A stretch of DNA of 64,000 bases from an uncultured Gemmatimonadaceae bacterium (GCA_964605505.1 CAZSDD010000001.1:32840-96839), one strand, 5' to 3'. Positions 1-9,191 are shown, counted from the first letter of the stretch. Numbers and translations are program-made. The notes: generated by a model from the letters alone, not told the origin.

Positions 1-300
1 CGGGGACCCCGGCCCTTCAACGCCGACATGCACCTCTTTCGCCCGGAAGTGAACGTGTATCTGGGAATGGCCTTCTTCTCGGATCTCAGGAGGCGGTTCG
101 GGGAAGATCTCTCGATCCTTCTCTCGGCCTACAATGCGGGCCCCACCCGGGCTCGCCGCTGGCGCGAGTTCCCCGAGGCCGGGGACCTGCCCCGCTTTGT
201 GGAACGGATCCCCTTCGCTGAGACCCGCGGCTACGTGAAAAACGTCCTTCGGAATCGGGAGATCTATGCATGGCTGTACGGGGGTGGCGCCCATGGTTGA
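1..300 (+). CDS. soluble lytic transglycosylase (SLT domain), C-terminal fragment; 5' end lies outside the window
   Basis: Frame 1 is open from base 1. The translation contains LSAYNAGPTRARRW and ETRGYVKNVLRN, typical of the C-terminal part of Slt-type lytic murein transglycosylases. Confidence 0.75.
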   Translation, partial: RGPRPFNADMHLFRPEVNVYLGMAFFSDLRRRFGEDLSILLSAYNAGPTRARRWREFPEAGDLPRFVERIPFAETRGYVKNVLRNREIYAWLYGGGAHG

Positions 301-3085
301 CGTGCCCCCGAAGAAGGCGCCGCGCCTCTTCCTCATCGATGCCTATGCCCTTATCTACCGGGCGTTCTTCGCCTTCATCAACCGGCCTCTCACCAACTCC
401 CGGGGAGAGAACACCTCGGCCCCCTTCGGCTTCGCCAACTTCCTCATTTCCATCCGGGAGGACCATCAACCCGACTATCTGGCTGTGGTCTTCGATAAAG
501 GCACGAGCCAGCGTGAAGAGATGTACCCCGAATACAAGGCCACCCGGGAAAAGATGCCCGACGAGCTGGAGGCGAGCCTTCCCAGGATCTTCGAGCTGGT
601 GGAGGGTTTCCACGACGAGGCCGTGGCCGTGGAGGGGTACGAGGCCGATGACGTCATCGGAACGCTGGCCGTGAAGGCAAGGGACGCCGGCCTGGAGGCC
701 GTCATCGTCTCCGGGGACAAGGACCTCTATCAGCTGGTGGGTCCCGGCATCCATCTCCTGAATCCGGGCCGGGGCGGCCCCACCGGGGTGGAGGCGGAGT
801 GGGTGGATGAGACGAACGCCCACGAAAAATTCGGCATCCCGCCGGAGCGCATCGCCGACTATCTGGCCCTGGTGGGGGATACCTCGGACAATGTGCCCGG
901 GGCACCGGGAGTGGGGCCAAAGACGGCGTTGAAGCTTCTGGACGCCTTCGGCGACCTGGAGGGGGCCCTGGCCCGGGCGGAGGAGATCAAAGGCAAACGG
1001 GCCCGGGAAGCCCTCATCGAGAAGGCCGAGCAGGTACGGCTCTCCAGGCGGCTGGTGACCATCCAGACGGACGTGCCCGTGGAGTTGGATCTGGAGCGCC
1101 TGAAGGTCAGGGATCCGGACCGGGAGCGACTGCGGCAGCTCTTCGTGGACCTGGAGTTCAGGCGCCTGGCGGAGAAGTTTACCGGGCCCGGAGTGGGAGA
1201 GGGAGAAGAGGCACGGGAGGAGGCGAGGCCTGAAGAGTCCTCCCGAACCTACACCCTGGTGGCGGAGGTAGGGGAGGTGGAGGCCCTGGTGAACAGGATC
1301 CGGGAGGCGAAATCCGTATCGGTGGATACGGAGACCACCAGCCGGCAGGCCACCCGGGCGGAGCTGGTGGGGATCTCCCTTTCGGTGAAGCCCGGAGAGG
1401 CCTACTACCTGCCCCTGAGGCACCGGAGGACGGGGGAGCTGGCCCTGGACGATGACGGGGGCGGGTCTCCAGGCAACCTTCCTCCCCTCTCGTCCCCCGA
1501 AATGGCTCCCCTGGTGGCAGTCCTCCAGGATCCTCTGGTGCAGAAGATCGGGCAGAACCTGAAGTACGACCTGATCGTCCTTGAGGGGGCCGGTATCAAG
1601 CTCCAGGGCATGGCGTTCGACACCATGGTGGCCTCATACGTTCTGGACCCCAATCGCCGCGCCCACGGCCTGGATGCGCTGGCCGTGGCTCTTCTTGGCC
1701 ACAGGATGATCTCCTATGAGGACGTGGCCGGTAAGGGGAAGGCCCAACTCTCCTTCGACGAAGTGCCCCTGGACCAGGCTCGGGAGTACGCCTGTGAGGA
1801 CGCAGACTACACCCTTCGGCTGAAGAAGCTATTCGAGCCCCAGCTCAGGGAGCAGAAGCTGGAGAAGCTCTTCCAGGAGCTGGAGATGCCTCTGGTACGG
1901 GTCCTGGCTCGAATGGAGGCCAACGGGATCCGGATCGACGTTCCCTTCTTTCACGAGATGAACCGGAGGCTGGAAGGGGACCTGGAGGCTCTGAGGTCGG
2001 ACATCCTGGGCCTGGCCGGCGTGGAGTTCAACCTCAATTCCACGCAGCAGCTCCGGGAGATCCTCTTCGAGAAGTTGGAGCTTCCGGTCATCAAGAAGAC
2101 CAAGACGGGGCCCTCTACCGACGCCTCGGTCCTGGAGGAGCTGGCGGCCATGGGTCACGAGCTCCCGGTGCAGCTCCTGGCCTACCGGTCCCTGGAGAAG
2201 CTCCGGAACACCTACGTGGATGCCCTTCCCCGCCTGGTGAACCCGGAGACGGGGCGGATCCACACTTCCTTCAATCAGACCGTGGCTGCCACCGGACGTC
2301 TCTCCTCTTCGGACCCGAACCTCCAGAACATCCCCATCCGTACCGAGTTGGGAAGGGAGATCCGAAAAGGGTTTGTCCCGGAGGACGGAAAGGTCTTCTT
2401 CGGGGCCGACTACTCCCAGATCGAGCTCCGCATCCTGGCCCATTTTTCCGGGGATGACGCCTTCGTCCGGGCCTTCCGGGAAGGCATCGACGTCCACAGG
2501 CAGACGGCCTCCGTCATCTTCGGGGTGCCTCTGGAAGAGGTGACGCCGGAGATGCGTTCCAGAGCCAAGACCATCAACTTCGCCACCCTGTACGGACAGG
2601 GAGAGTTCTCCCTGGGCCGCCAACTGGGAATTTCCCGGGAAGAAGCCAGGGCCTTTATCCAGGAATACTTCCAGCGCTTCTCCGGAGTCCGGGCCTTTCT
2701 GGACGAGCAGGTGGAGCTGGCCAGGGATCGTGGCTATGTGGAAACCCTCAGCGGGCGCCGCCGCTACGTTCCGGAGATGCACGCCTCCAACTGGAACGTG
2801 CGTCAGTTCGGGGAGCGGGTGGCCCAGAACACGCCCATTCAGGGCACCGCGGCGGACCTGATCAAGGAGGCCATGATCCGGGTGCATCGGGCCCTGGAAG
2901 CCCGCTTCCCCCAGGCTCTCCTCCTTCTCCAGGTCCACGACGAGCTTCTCCTGGAGGCGCCGGAAGATCAGGTGGAAGAGGTGGGGGCCATGATGGTGGA
3001 GGAGATGGAAGGCGCTCTTTCCCTCAGCGTGCCCCTTTCAGTAGATCACGGGATCGGAAAGAGCTGGTACGACTGCAAGGGCTGA
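293..3085 (+). CDS. polA: DNA polymerase I
   Basis: 5'-nuclease N-terminus (LFLIDAYALIYRAFFA, GDTSDNVPGAPGVGPKTA), a 3'-5' exonuclease-like middle region, and polymerase motifs DYSQIELRILAH and QVHDELLLE. The ATG at 293 (MVDVPPKK) overlaps the slt stop (ATGGTTGA). An alternative ATG lies at 266. Confidence 0.95.
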   Translation: MVDVPPKKAPRLFLIDAYALIYRAFFAFINRPLTNSRGENTSAPFGFANFLISIREDHQPDYLAVVFDKGTSQREEMYPEYKATREKMPDELEASLPRIFELVEGFHDEAVAVEGYEADDVIGTLAVKARDAGLEAVIVSGDKDLYQLVGPGIHLLNPGRGGPTGVEAEWVDETNAHEKFGIPPERIADYLALVGDTSDNVPGAPGVGPKTALKLLDAFGDLEGALARAEEIKGKRAREALIEKAEQVRLSRRLVTIQTDVPVELDLERLKVRDPDRERLRQLFVDLEFRRLAEKFTGPGVGEGEEAREEARPEESSRTYTLVAEVGEVEALVNRIREAKSVSVDTETTSRQATRAELVGISLSVKPGEAYYLPLRHRRTGELALDDDGGGSPGNLPPLSSPEMAPLVAVLQDPLVQKIGQNLKYDLIVLEGAGIKLQGMAFDTMVASYVLDPNRRAHGLDALAVALLGHRMISYEDVAGKGKAQLSFDEVPLDQAREYACEDADYTLRLKKLFEPQLREQKLEKLFQELEMPLVRVLARMEANGIRIDVPFFHEMNRRLEGDLEALRSDILGLAGVEFNLNSTQQLREILFEKLELPVIKKTKTGPSTDASVLEELAAMGHELPVQLLAYRSLEKLRNTYVDALPRLVNPETGRIHTSFNQTVAATGRLSSSDPNLQNIPIRTELGREIRKGFVPEDGKVFFGADYSQIELRILAHFSGDDAFVRAFREGIDVHRQTASVIFGVPLEEVTPEMRSRAKTINFATLYGQGEFSLGRQLGISREEARAFIQEYFQRFSGVRAFLDEQVELARDRGYVETLSGRRRYVPEMHASNWNVRQFGERVAQNTPIQGTAADLIKEAMIRVHRALEARFPQALLLLQVHDELLLEAPEDQVEEVGAMMVEEMEGALSLSVPLSVDHGIGKSWYDCKG

Positions 3086-3213
3086 CCCGCGTCGGAAATC
3101 CGTCCGGATCCGCCATGGGATAGCCCACCCCCGGCCATGACACTTCTCTCGTTCCTGCCCCGCCTCCCCTTTCCGGGAGGGGGGCGTCGACACACCGGAA
3201 AGGGAGGTGCCTC

Positions 3214-3570
3214 ATGAGTCGGTCTGTGAACAAGATCATCCTGGTGGGCAATGTAGGGCAGGATCCCGACATCCAGGAGACAGGAAGCGGAACCAAGGTG
3301 GCCCATCTCTCCCTGGCGACGAACCGGAGGACCTCCGTCAGCGGGGACGAGGTCACAGAGCGGACGGACTGGCATCGCCTGACCCTCTGGAACCGCCTGG
3401 CCCAGTTTACCCAGGACTATGTCTCGAAGGGGGACCGGGTCTACGTGGAGGGCCGTGTGGAATATGACTCCTATGAGCGGGACGGGGTGACCATTCCCAC
3501 GGCTGACGTGGTGGTCCGGGAGCTGGTGCTCCTGACCCCCAGAGCCGCTGCGGACGCGGCGGCGGATTGA
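3214..3570 (+). CDS. ssb: single-stranded DNA-binding protein, short form without acidic C-terminal tip
   Basis: OB-fold SSB signature (NKIILVGNVGQDPD ... TDWHRLTLWNRLA ... KGDRVYVEGR). An AGGGAGG Shine-Dalgarno sits about 6 nt upstream of the ATG. The protein ends ...PRAAADAAAD with no DDDIPF-like tail. Confidence 0.88.
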   Translation: MSRSVNKIILVGNVGQDPDIQETGSGTKVAHLSLATNRRTSVSGDEVTERTDWHRLTLWNRLAQFTQDYVSKGDRVYVEGRVEYDSYERDGVTIPTADVVVRELVLLTPRAAADAAAD

Positions 3571-3598
3571 GCCCGGGTGGGGGAGGGGGCTGAGCGGG

Positions 3599-5659
3599 TC
3601 AGAGCCAGACCCAGAAGTCGTGGTTCACCGAGAGGACCCATGCCCAGTCTCCCCCCTCTCCCAGTCCACGGGCCAGATCCAGCCTCAGGATGTCCCACCC
3701 CAGCCCCACTCCCAGGCCAAGGGAGGCCATGGAGGAGGATTCCTGCGCCGGGGGCCAGGGCTCCGGGAGTAGGGCGCCATGATAGGCAGTACCTCCTGCG
3801 GCGCCGAAGCTCCGAAGGCTCAGAAAGGGGGGAAGGAGCTGGTAGCCGGCCTCGGCCCGGAAAAGCCAGTATCGGTCCGCCACCCGAGAGCGGAAGGCAT
3901 ATCCGGGAACGGTCATACGGCCCCCAAGAAGATAGAGGGCCTGTCGGGGAGGGTCTCCCAGGAGGGCGCCGCCGGAGAGGTCTCCGTCGAACTCCAACCC
4001 CCTGGCGAGCCAGCGCCTGCGGAATTTGAGGGAACCGGCGAAGCTGCCGAATCCTTTACTCCGGAAGCTTCCGAAAAGGCCTTCCGTCTCCACCGTGAGA
4101 CCCGGGAGAGGAGTCGGAAGGTCGATCCGTCCCGCCATGGACTTCCAGGTCCCCTGCTCCACCGGAAAGACGGGCCGGAAGCCGGAAGCGGACGGATCCG
4201 GGGAGATGACGTTCCTGGGACGGCTGTGATCTTCCCATCGAGCCTCGAAGCCCACGGAACGTTCCTCCCCAAGTTTCCACCGGTGGGTCAATCGGCCCCC
4301 GGTGGCGAAGACCAGGTCCGTGTAGTCCTGGTCTCTCAGGAGGGTGGACAGGGAGTTCAAGACGCCGCTGATGGCCGGCTCCGGCCCCATGTCCACGGGA
4401 CGATTCCAGAACCCCGCGATCCGGCTCTCCGGACGCCGCTCCCCTCCGGAGAAGCTCAGGCTCATGGAGGGTCGCTCCCTCCCCAGGGACATGCCGCCGT
4501 GGCCGGATACCGAGAGCCACGGCCGGATCCCGTATGAAGCTCCAGAACCGAGGAAGAGCCCCTCGGCCCGATTGTACCGAAGACCGGAGGAGACGACCGG
4601 GGAAGGGAGGTGCAGGCGGAGCTTTCTGAGGCCGCTGAGGTATCGGTCGCGGGCCAAGCCCAGCGCCAGGGCCTGGATCTCCTCCATCTCCGGAGGGGCA
4701 GTGAGTCCCTCCGTGTCCAGGTGCTCGTGGAGGCCTTCCTCGAAGGGAAAAGCTCTTCGCTGCTCCTCGGGAAGGGCGGTAATGGTGGGTCCCTGAAAGA
4801 GACCCTGGGGGAGCGTGGGATTGATCTCGTATTCCCCCACCTCGAACCACCCCTTGATGATGGTCCCGGCGGGGATGTCCAGCCAGGGCACCTCCCTCCG
4901 GATCTCCAGCTGTTGCCGGTAGGGCAGCCAGAATCTCCCGTTCCACAGACCGTTCTCCAGGGAGATGCGGATATGATCCAGGTATGGATCCTCGTAGGAG
5001 GCCGGGGTGAAGGTGAAGCTCATGCGGACGATGGCCCGGGTATCCCGGTCCAGAAATACACTACCGATAAACCCGGGGATGTCGGGATTTCTGGGGCGAA
5101 CCTGGATTTCATAGACCCGAACGTCCTGGAGGGCGCCTGGGAGGGAAAGGGTGATGGAGTCGGTCAACAGGAAGTCGTAGAACTCCTCTGCCCGGGGCGC
5201 CACCGGATGGAGGACCGCCTCCACCTCGTCTCCGTCTCCGATGCGGATCAGATCCCCGAACTCGTCCTGGACCACCACCAGGTGATCCAGGTGATAATGG
5301 ATGTCGGTGGGAAGGCTCTCCTCGTCTCGCAGGCCGACGATCCGCTGCCGGGTCCGGTCCGGGGCCTGCCAGTAGACCTCCAGCGCGATCTGGTCCGTCT
5401 TGACGAGAATCCGCTCTCCTGTGTCTTCCCGGTGCAGAAAGAAGTGGACGTAGCCCCGGGCCTGGGACGAGTAGGAACGGAATTCAGGGTCCCGGGCGAT
5501 TCCATGACGGACCCGGCGGGCGTCCTGGACCATATCCAGCACTCTGGCGTCGTTCCATCCCTGGCCCCGGGCCGTGGAGGAGGGGATGAGGAAGAGGAGG
5601 CAGGCCAGAAGGAGGAAAAAAGCCCCGCCCTTCAGAAGGCGGGGCCCATTCCCTCCCAT
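3599..5659 (-). CDS. outer-membrane protein with an Omp85/surface-antigen-like C-terminal beta-barrel and an uncharacterised N-terminal region
   Basis: Signal peptide MGGNGPRLLKGGAFFLLLACLLFLIPSSTARGQG. The C-terminus (LGGRMTVPGYAFRS ... SLGLGVGLGWDILRLDLARGL ... VNHDFWVWL) is barrel-like with an aromatic terminus. The start was moved to the ATG at 5659 because the upstream part of the 802-aa ORF overlaps the sigma gene in another frame. Confidence 0.7.
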   Translation of the reverse strand: MGGNGPRLLKGGAFFLLLACLLFLIPSSTARGQGWNDARVLDMVQDARRVRHGIARDPEFRSYSSQARGYVHFFLHREDTGERILVKTDQIALEVYWQAPDRTRQRIVGLRDEESLPTDIHYHLDHLVVVQDEFGDLIRIGDGDEVEAVLHPVAPRAEEFYDFLLTDSITLSLPGALQDVRVYEIQVRPRNPDIPGFIGSVFLDRDTRAIVRMSFTFTPASYEDPYLDHIRISLENGLWNGRFWLPYRQQLEIRREVPWLDIPAGTIIKGWFEVGEYEINPTLPQGLFQGPTITALPEEQRRAFPFEEGLHEHLDTEGLTAPPEMEEIQALALGLARDRYLSGLRKLRLHLPSPVVSSGLRYNRAEGLFLGSGASYGIRPWLSVSGHGGMSLGRERPSMSLSFSGGERRPESRIAGFWNRPVDMGPEPAISGVLNSLSTLLRDQDYTDLVFATGGRLTHRWKLGEERSVGFEARWEDHSRPRNVISPDPSASGFRPVFPVEQGTWKSMAGRIDLPTPLPGLTVETEGLFGSFRSKGFGSFAGSLKFRRRWLARGLEFDGDLSGGALLGDPPRQALYLLGGRMTVPGYAFRSRVADRYWLFRAEAGYQLLPPFLSLRSFGAAGGTAYHGALLPEPWPPAQESSSMASLGLGVGLGWDILRLDLARGLGEGGDWAWVLSVNHDFWVWL

Positions 5660-5675
5660 TTCGCCACAGAAGGGC

Positions 5676-6536
5676 TCAGTTGGCGGTCCAGAACCCGGAG
5701 AGGGACTCACCATGCGGGCTCTCCCTGAGCTTTTCGAAGGCCCGGTTCCGGATCTGGCGGATGCGCTCCCGTGTGACGCCCAGAAGAGAGCCGATCTCTT
5801 CCAGCGTACGCTCTTCGCCGTCATCCAGGCCATAGTAGAGGTAGAGGATCTTCCGCTCCCGCTCCGTGAGGTATTGCTCGAACATCTGCTCCAGATAGTC
5901 CCTCCGGGCGATGGCTTCCACGTCCTCTTCGATGTCACTGGCTTCCGCTCCGGAGAAGCGCTCCCCGAAGCTGGCGCTGTCCCGGTCGCTCCGGTCGATG
6001 GGCGCATCCAGGCTCAACTCGCTGGCGGCCACTCTTCGGAGGGCACGGATGGTCTCCACCGGTTCTTCCATCTCGCCGGCCAGCTCCTGGTCGGTGGGGG
6101 TACGACCGAGTTGCTGGGTCAACGCCGTGTTGGTCCGGGCCAGCTTTGCCAGATTGGAATTCTGGTTCAGGGGAATCCGGACAGAGCGTGTCTGCTCGGC
6201 CAGGGCCTGCAGGACCGTCTGACGGATCCACCAGACGGCGTAGCTGATGAATTTCACTCCCTTGTCGGGATCGAACTTCTTGACGGCTTTCAGCAATCCT
6301 TCATTTCCGATACACACCAGCTCCGCCAACCCCAGTCCCCGCCCCTGGTATTTTTTTACGTAGGAGATGACGAACCGGAGGTTTGCGGTCACGAGCCGTT
6401 CAGCGGCTTCCTTGTCGCCGGATCGGGCTCGACGGGCCAGAGCCCGCTCTTCAGCCGGGTCCTGGATGAGGGGGTATTTCTCGACGTCCTGCAGGTATTG
6501 ATCGAAAGAATCCAGGCCTCGGGAAGTAGAAAACAT
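5676..6536 (-). CDS. RNA polymerase sigma-70 family factor, short primary-like (group 1/2-like, no region 1.1)
   Basis: Regions 2-4 are recognisable: LVTANLRFVISYVKKY, KFISYAVWWIRQTV, LTERERKILYLYYGL, TLEEIGSLLGVTRERIRQIRNRAFEKLR. The ATG at 6536 (MFSTSRGLD) is preferred over the ORF-track start at 6650. Confidence 0.9.
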   Translation of the reverse strand: MFSTSRGLDSFDQYLQDVEKYPLIQDPAEERALARRARSGDKEAAERLVTANLRFVISYVKKYQGRGLGLAELVCIGNEGLLKAVKKFDPDKGVKFISYAVWWIRQTVLQALAEQTRSVRIPLNQNSNLAKLARTNTALTQQLGRTPTDQELAGEMEEPVETIRALRRVAASELSLDAPIDRSDRDSASFGERFSGAEASDIEEDVEAIARRDYLEQMFEQYLTERERKILYLYYGLDDGEERTLEEIGSLLGVTRERIRQIRNRAFEKLRESPHGESLSGFWTAN

Positions 6537-6672
6537 CCGCTCTGCTATACCTCGCGATTGAAAAGATGACCATAGGAGGGAGGAAACGGATCTATGAACA
6601 ACAAGCCCCCGGCGTCGCTTTCCCCATTCCAGCCCTGGGTCATCCACCAAACTGGAGAAGAAAAGCCCGTGA

Positions 6673-6701
6673 AATCTAGTTGAGTAACCGACCTAAGTCA
6701 A
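6673..6701 (-). promoter_or_regulatory. candidate sigma-70-type promoter for the sigma gene (TTGACT-N17-TAGATT)
   Basis: Read directly on the minus strand. It lies inside an AT-richer stretch (about 42% G+C by hand count over 6661-6760), roughly 135 nt upstream of the ATG at 6536. Confidence 0.3.
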
Positions 6702-6892
6702 AGGTTCCTTTACCACTTATGAGATTCCACCTTTGAGGTGCTCTTTTGCAAGAAAAGTGCCGTCACGGATCCGTCGGATGCCGTCAAGAGGATGCGCAGA
6801 TGTGTGATTGACGCCTCCTCAGAGTTCGGCTGAAGGTGGGACAGGGGGTATTCTGCCACCGGACTGGGGACACGATCCCCCCAAACCCGTCC

Positions 6893-8701
6893 CTACCATG
6901 GGAGGGCAATGACGCTGGGGCGTACGCCGGACCTGAGGCTTCGGATCAACTGGGGGTCACGGACCCCCGGCAGGAGCCCCAGCACCTCGCGGAGGCTTAC
7001 CCGGAGCACCAGGTCCTTGAGCTGCGTCCGGTTGCCCAGGGGCATGGCCAGATCGATTCGGGTCATGTTCCCGGTGCCGGGCGGAAGACCGAAGCGGATG
7101 CCGGCTCCAATGGAGGCTCTCCACCCGGATTCCACCCCGAAAGGAACGCCTCCTGGCTGGATATGGCCGATGTCGGCAAAGGCGGAGAGACCGAAATCGA
7201 AGAGCTCCGGTGCCGGCCAGGGAATATAGGTCCGGTTCTCCCAGGTGAAGACGACGCGTTGTCCCCCGGGAAAGTCCTCCTCCCGGTACCCCCGAACAGC
7301 CTCCGACCCGCCCAGGGTGAGCTGGAAAGGCGTCTCCACCTCCCAGCCTCCGGCGGCGGAGAGGCGGAAGAGCACTGTGTGCTTCGGCTGCCTGGCGGGC
7401 TGCCAGTAGACGTAGGCGTCGGCTTCCCCGAAGAGATCCTTCCACTTTCTCCCCTGTCCCCCCCGGGGAGACAACTGTCTCCCCTCCACCTGGCCCTGGA
7501 CGTTGATTGTCCATTCCTCCCAGGCACCGCCTGCGAAGAGGGAGAGTTGGGTATGGAGGTCATCCGGAAGGTTCAGGCCATCCTCTCCGGTGGCATCCAG
7601 GGTCCGCCCGATTCCAAGAAATAGCTCCGTTCCGACCTGGATATCCTGGATTCCCTTCAGGGCGTCCAGGCCCCTTCGCTGGACAAAGCGCAGGTTCCGC
7701 TGACCCAGGAAGAAGTTGATCCGATGGGCCGTGCGTTCCCGGACATGGGGAAGGATCTCCTGGATCTGGGCATCGGTGGCGGGCACGGTGGAGGCATAGT
7801 CCTCCCTCCTGACCACCTCCACGTCGGAGGGAAAAGATCTGAATCGGGCGGACTCTCCGGAAGCCCCTGCTCCCAGGACTGTGAGATTCCCCGGCCGGCC
7901 CAGGCGTATCCCCCCCACCAGATCCCACCGCCGATCCACGAAGGGAAGAAGAAGGTGTGTGAATTCGGGGTGGCTGGGCAGGACGTAGGAGAAGAGGGTT
8001 TCCCTCCGGAGGAAGCTCTGCCTGCCCCCCAGCCGGCCCACCTCTCCCACGAAGGGATAGAAGAGGGATTCCTCCAGGAAATCGCCGGTCCGGGTTCTGC
8101 CGATGCTGATCCGGGCGTCCCATCGGGTGTCCAGGAGGCGCGGGGTCTCGAATTCGAATCCCATGTCCTGACGTTCCCGGTCCTCCTCGAAAAAAAGTCG
8201 CATGAGCATCCCACGGCCCAGGAGGTTCTCCTCCGCCAGGGAGATTCCGGTGAAACGCAGACCGTCTTCGAAGTCGAAGCCCACGTCCACCTTGGTGGTC
8301 CACTCGTCCTGCGTGTCCACGATGACGTGCTGGGTTCCGTCCGGCTGGGCCACGGCGTACACGTCGGAACGTGCGATGAACCCGTAGGCCCGGAGGAGAC
8401 GCTCGGTTTCCGAGAGAAGAAGAGGATCCAGACACTCTCCGGTCTCGAAGAGGAGCTCATCCTGGAGGAAGGATTCCCGGGTCCTCATGTGAAGGCTGTT
8501 GGCCAGGCGGTACGCCCAGAGGAAGCGTGTATCCGGGGCCAGCTCCGACGTATCGAAGATGGAGCGGTTGTCAATGAAGATGTAGGAGATCCGACCCTCC
8601 GGGCATTCCTGCGCCGCGGAACCCCGTGGGCACAGCGTCTGGATGACCAGGAGGAAGGCCGGGAGAAAACGTGCCTGTCTCAACGCTGGAGGGCGGCCCA
8701 T
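6893..8701 (-). CDS. Omp85/BamA-TamA family outer-membrane protein (POTRA-like N-terminus plus barrel)
   Basis: Signal peptide MGRPPALRQARFLPAFLLVIQTLCPRGSAAQ. A POTRA-like segment (ISYIFIDNRSIFD ... RAYGFIARSDVYAVAQPDG) is followed by a barrel-like C-terminus (TLGGSEAVRGYREEDF ... IGAGIRFGLP ... IDLAMPL) ending in W. Confidence 0.75.
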   Translation of the reverse strand: MGRPPALRQARFLPAFLLVIQTLCPRGSAAQECPEGRISYIFIDNRSIFDTSELAPDTRFLWAYRLANSLHMRTRESFLQDELLFETGECLDPLLLSETERLLRAYGFIARSDVYAVAQPDGTQHVIVDTQDEWTTKVDVGFDFEDGLRFTGISLAEENLLGRGMLMRLFFEEDRERQDMGFEFETPRLLDTRWDARISIGRTRTGDFLEESLFYPFVGEVGRLGGRQSFLRRETLFSYVLPSHPEFTHLLLPFVDRRWDLVGGIRLGRPGNLTVLGAGASGESARFRSFPSDVEVVRREDYASTVPATDAQIQEILPHVRERTAHRINFFLGQRNLRFVQRRGLDALKGIQDIQVGTELFLGIGRTLDATGEDGLNLPDDLHTQLSLFAGGAWEEWTINVQGQVEGRQLSPRGGQGRKWKDLFGEADAYVYWQPARQPKHTVLFRLSAAGGWEVETPFQLTLGGSEAVRGYREEDFPGGQRVVFTWENRTYIPWPAPELFDFGLSAFADIGHIQPGGVPFGVESGWRASIGAGIRFGLPPGTGNMTRIDLAMPLGNRTQLKDLVLRVSLREVLGLLPGVRDPQLIRSLRSGVRPSVIALPW

Positions 8702-8722
8702 GGCGCGGGATCGGACGGTGGC

Positions 8723-8764
8723 GCCACGGGACGGGGTGATGACGCCACGGGACGGGATGATGAT
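8723..8764. repeat. tandem direct repeat, 2 x 21 nt (GCCACGGGACGGGGTGATGAC / GCCACGGGACGGGATGATGAT)
   Basis: 19 of 21 positions are identical by direct comparison. It lies in the 73-nt gap between the 138-aa gene and the Omp85 gene, 22 nt upstream of the Omp85 ATG. A possible degenerate third copy lies at 8702-8722. Confidence 0.85.
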
Positions 8765-8774
8765 GGTGATCCGG

Positions 8775-9191
8775 TCATTCCTTGGGAGGAAAGAGGTCTT
8801 CCTGGTCCTCGTCTTCCTCTTCCTCCCGTGTGGAGGCTTGATGAATGAGGGACCGGATTCGCCGCTCCCAGATGTCCAGGTTCAACCGAACCTCGTTTTC
8901 CAGCATCCGCCGGAGCACCGGGTTCACGTCCCTCAGGTCCTCCAACAACTCGCTCAGGAGGCCCCGGGCCTCCTCGGCCCGGAACTCCCTTCTGGGAGCG
9001 GTGCCCATGTCGCTGAGGATGGATTGCTCCGACCGGGAAACCACCAGAGGCTCCTCCCTGGTGGCCACGTAGACCTCCGTTCGCCGCCCGGGGCCGCGAT
9101 TGGTTTCAATGGGGCACAGCCCCACGATCTCGTCGGAGCGCCAGTACTTCCCATAGCCGAGGTGGACCATTCGGCCCTGCTTGATCTCCAA
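8775..9191 (-). CDS. hypothetical protein with acidic C-terminal tail; the N-terminus may be DUF370/RemA-like
   Basis: TTG start at 9191 preceded by AGGAGG with 5-nt spacing; an alternative ATG lies at 9170. The N-terminus (VHLGYGKYWRSDEIVGL ... GRRTEVYVATREEPLVVSRSEQSIL) loosely resembles RemA/DUF370 but lacks its central segment. The tail is EEEEDEDQED. Confidence 0.55.
   Translation of the reverse strand: MEIKQGRMVHLGYGKYWRSDEIVGLCPIETNRGPGRRTEVYVATREEPLVVSRSEQSILSDMGTAPRREFRAEEARGLLSELLEDLRDVNPVLRRMLENEVRLNLDIWERRIRSLIHQASTREEEEDEDQEDLFPPKE

Noticed and set aside
86-1423. 445-aa ORF antisense to polA. The same situation applies to the 369-aa ORF at 1829-2938 (minus strand).
   Set aside because: It lies opposite an unambiguous polA reading frame. 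The translation is Arg/Pro/Gly/His-rich low complexity with no family resemblance. This is a typical shadow ORF of GC-rich DNA, where stop codons are rare.
5660-6007. N-terminal 116 codons of the 802-aa ORF 3599-6007. Similar long 5' extensions occur in ORFs 28526-30475, 48716-50002, 52799-55774, 19647-22418, 26586-27716 and 50094-52097.
   Set aside because: The extensions overlap the preceding, well-supported gene in another frame and are low complexity. Internal starts give proper signal peptides or family-typical N-termini, often with start/stop overlaps (ATGA, GTGA) to the upstream gene.
8775-9191. Assignment of the 138-aa protein as a RemA/DUF370 biofilm regulator.
   Set aside because: Only two short N-terminal segments resemble RemA. 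The central ~18-residue segment of the family is missing. The usual gmk linkage is absent. It is kept as hypothetical, with the resemblance noted.
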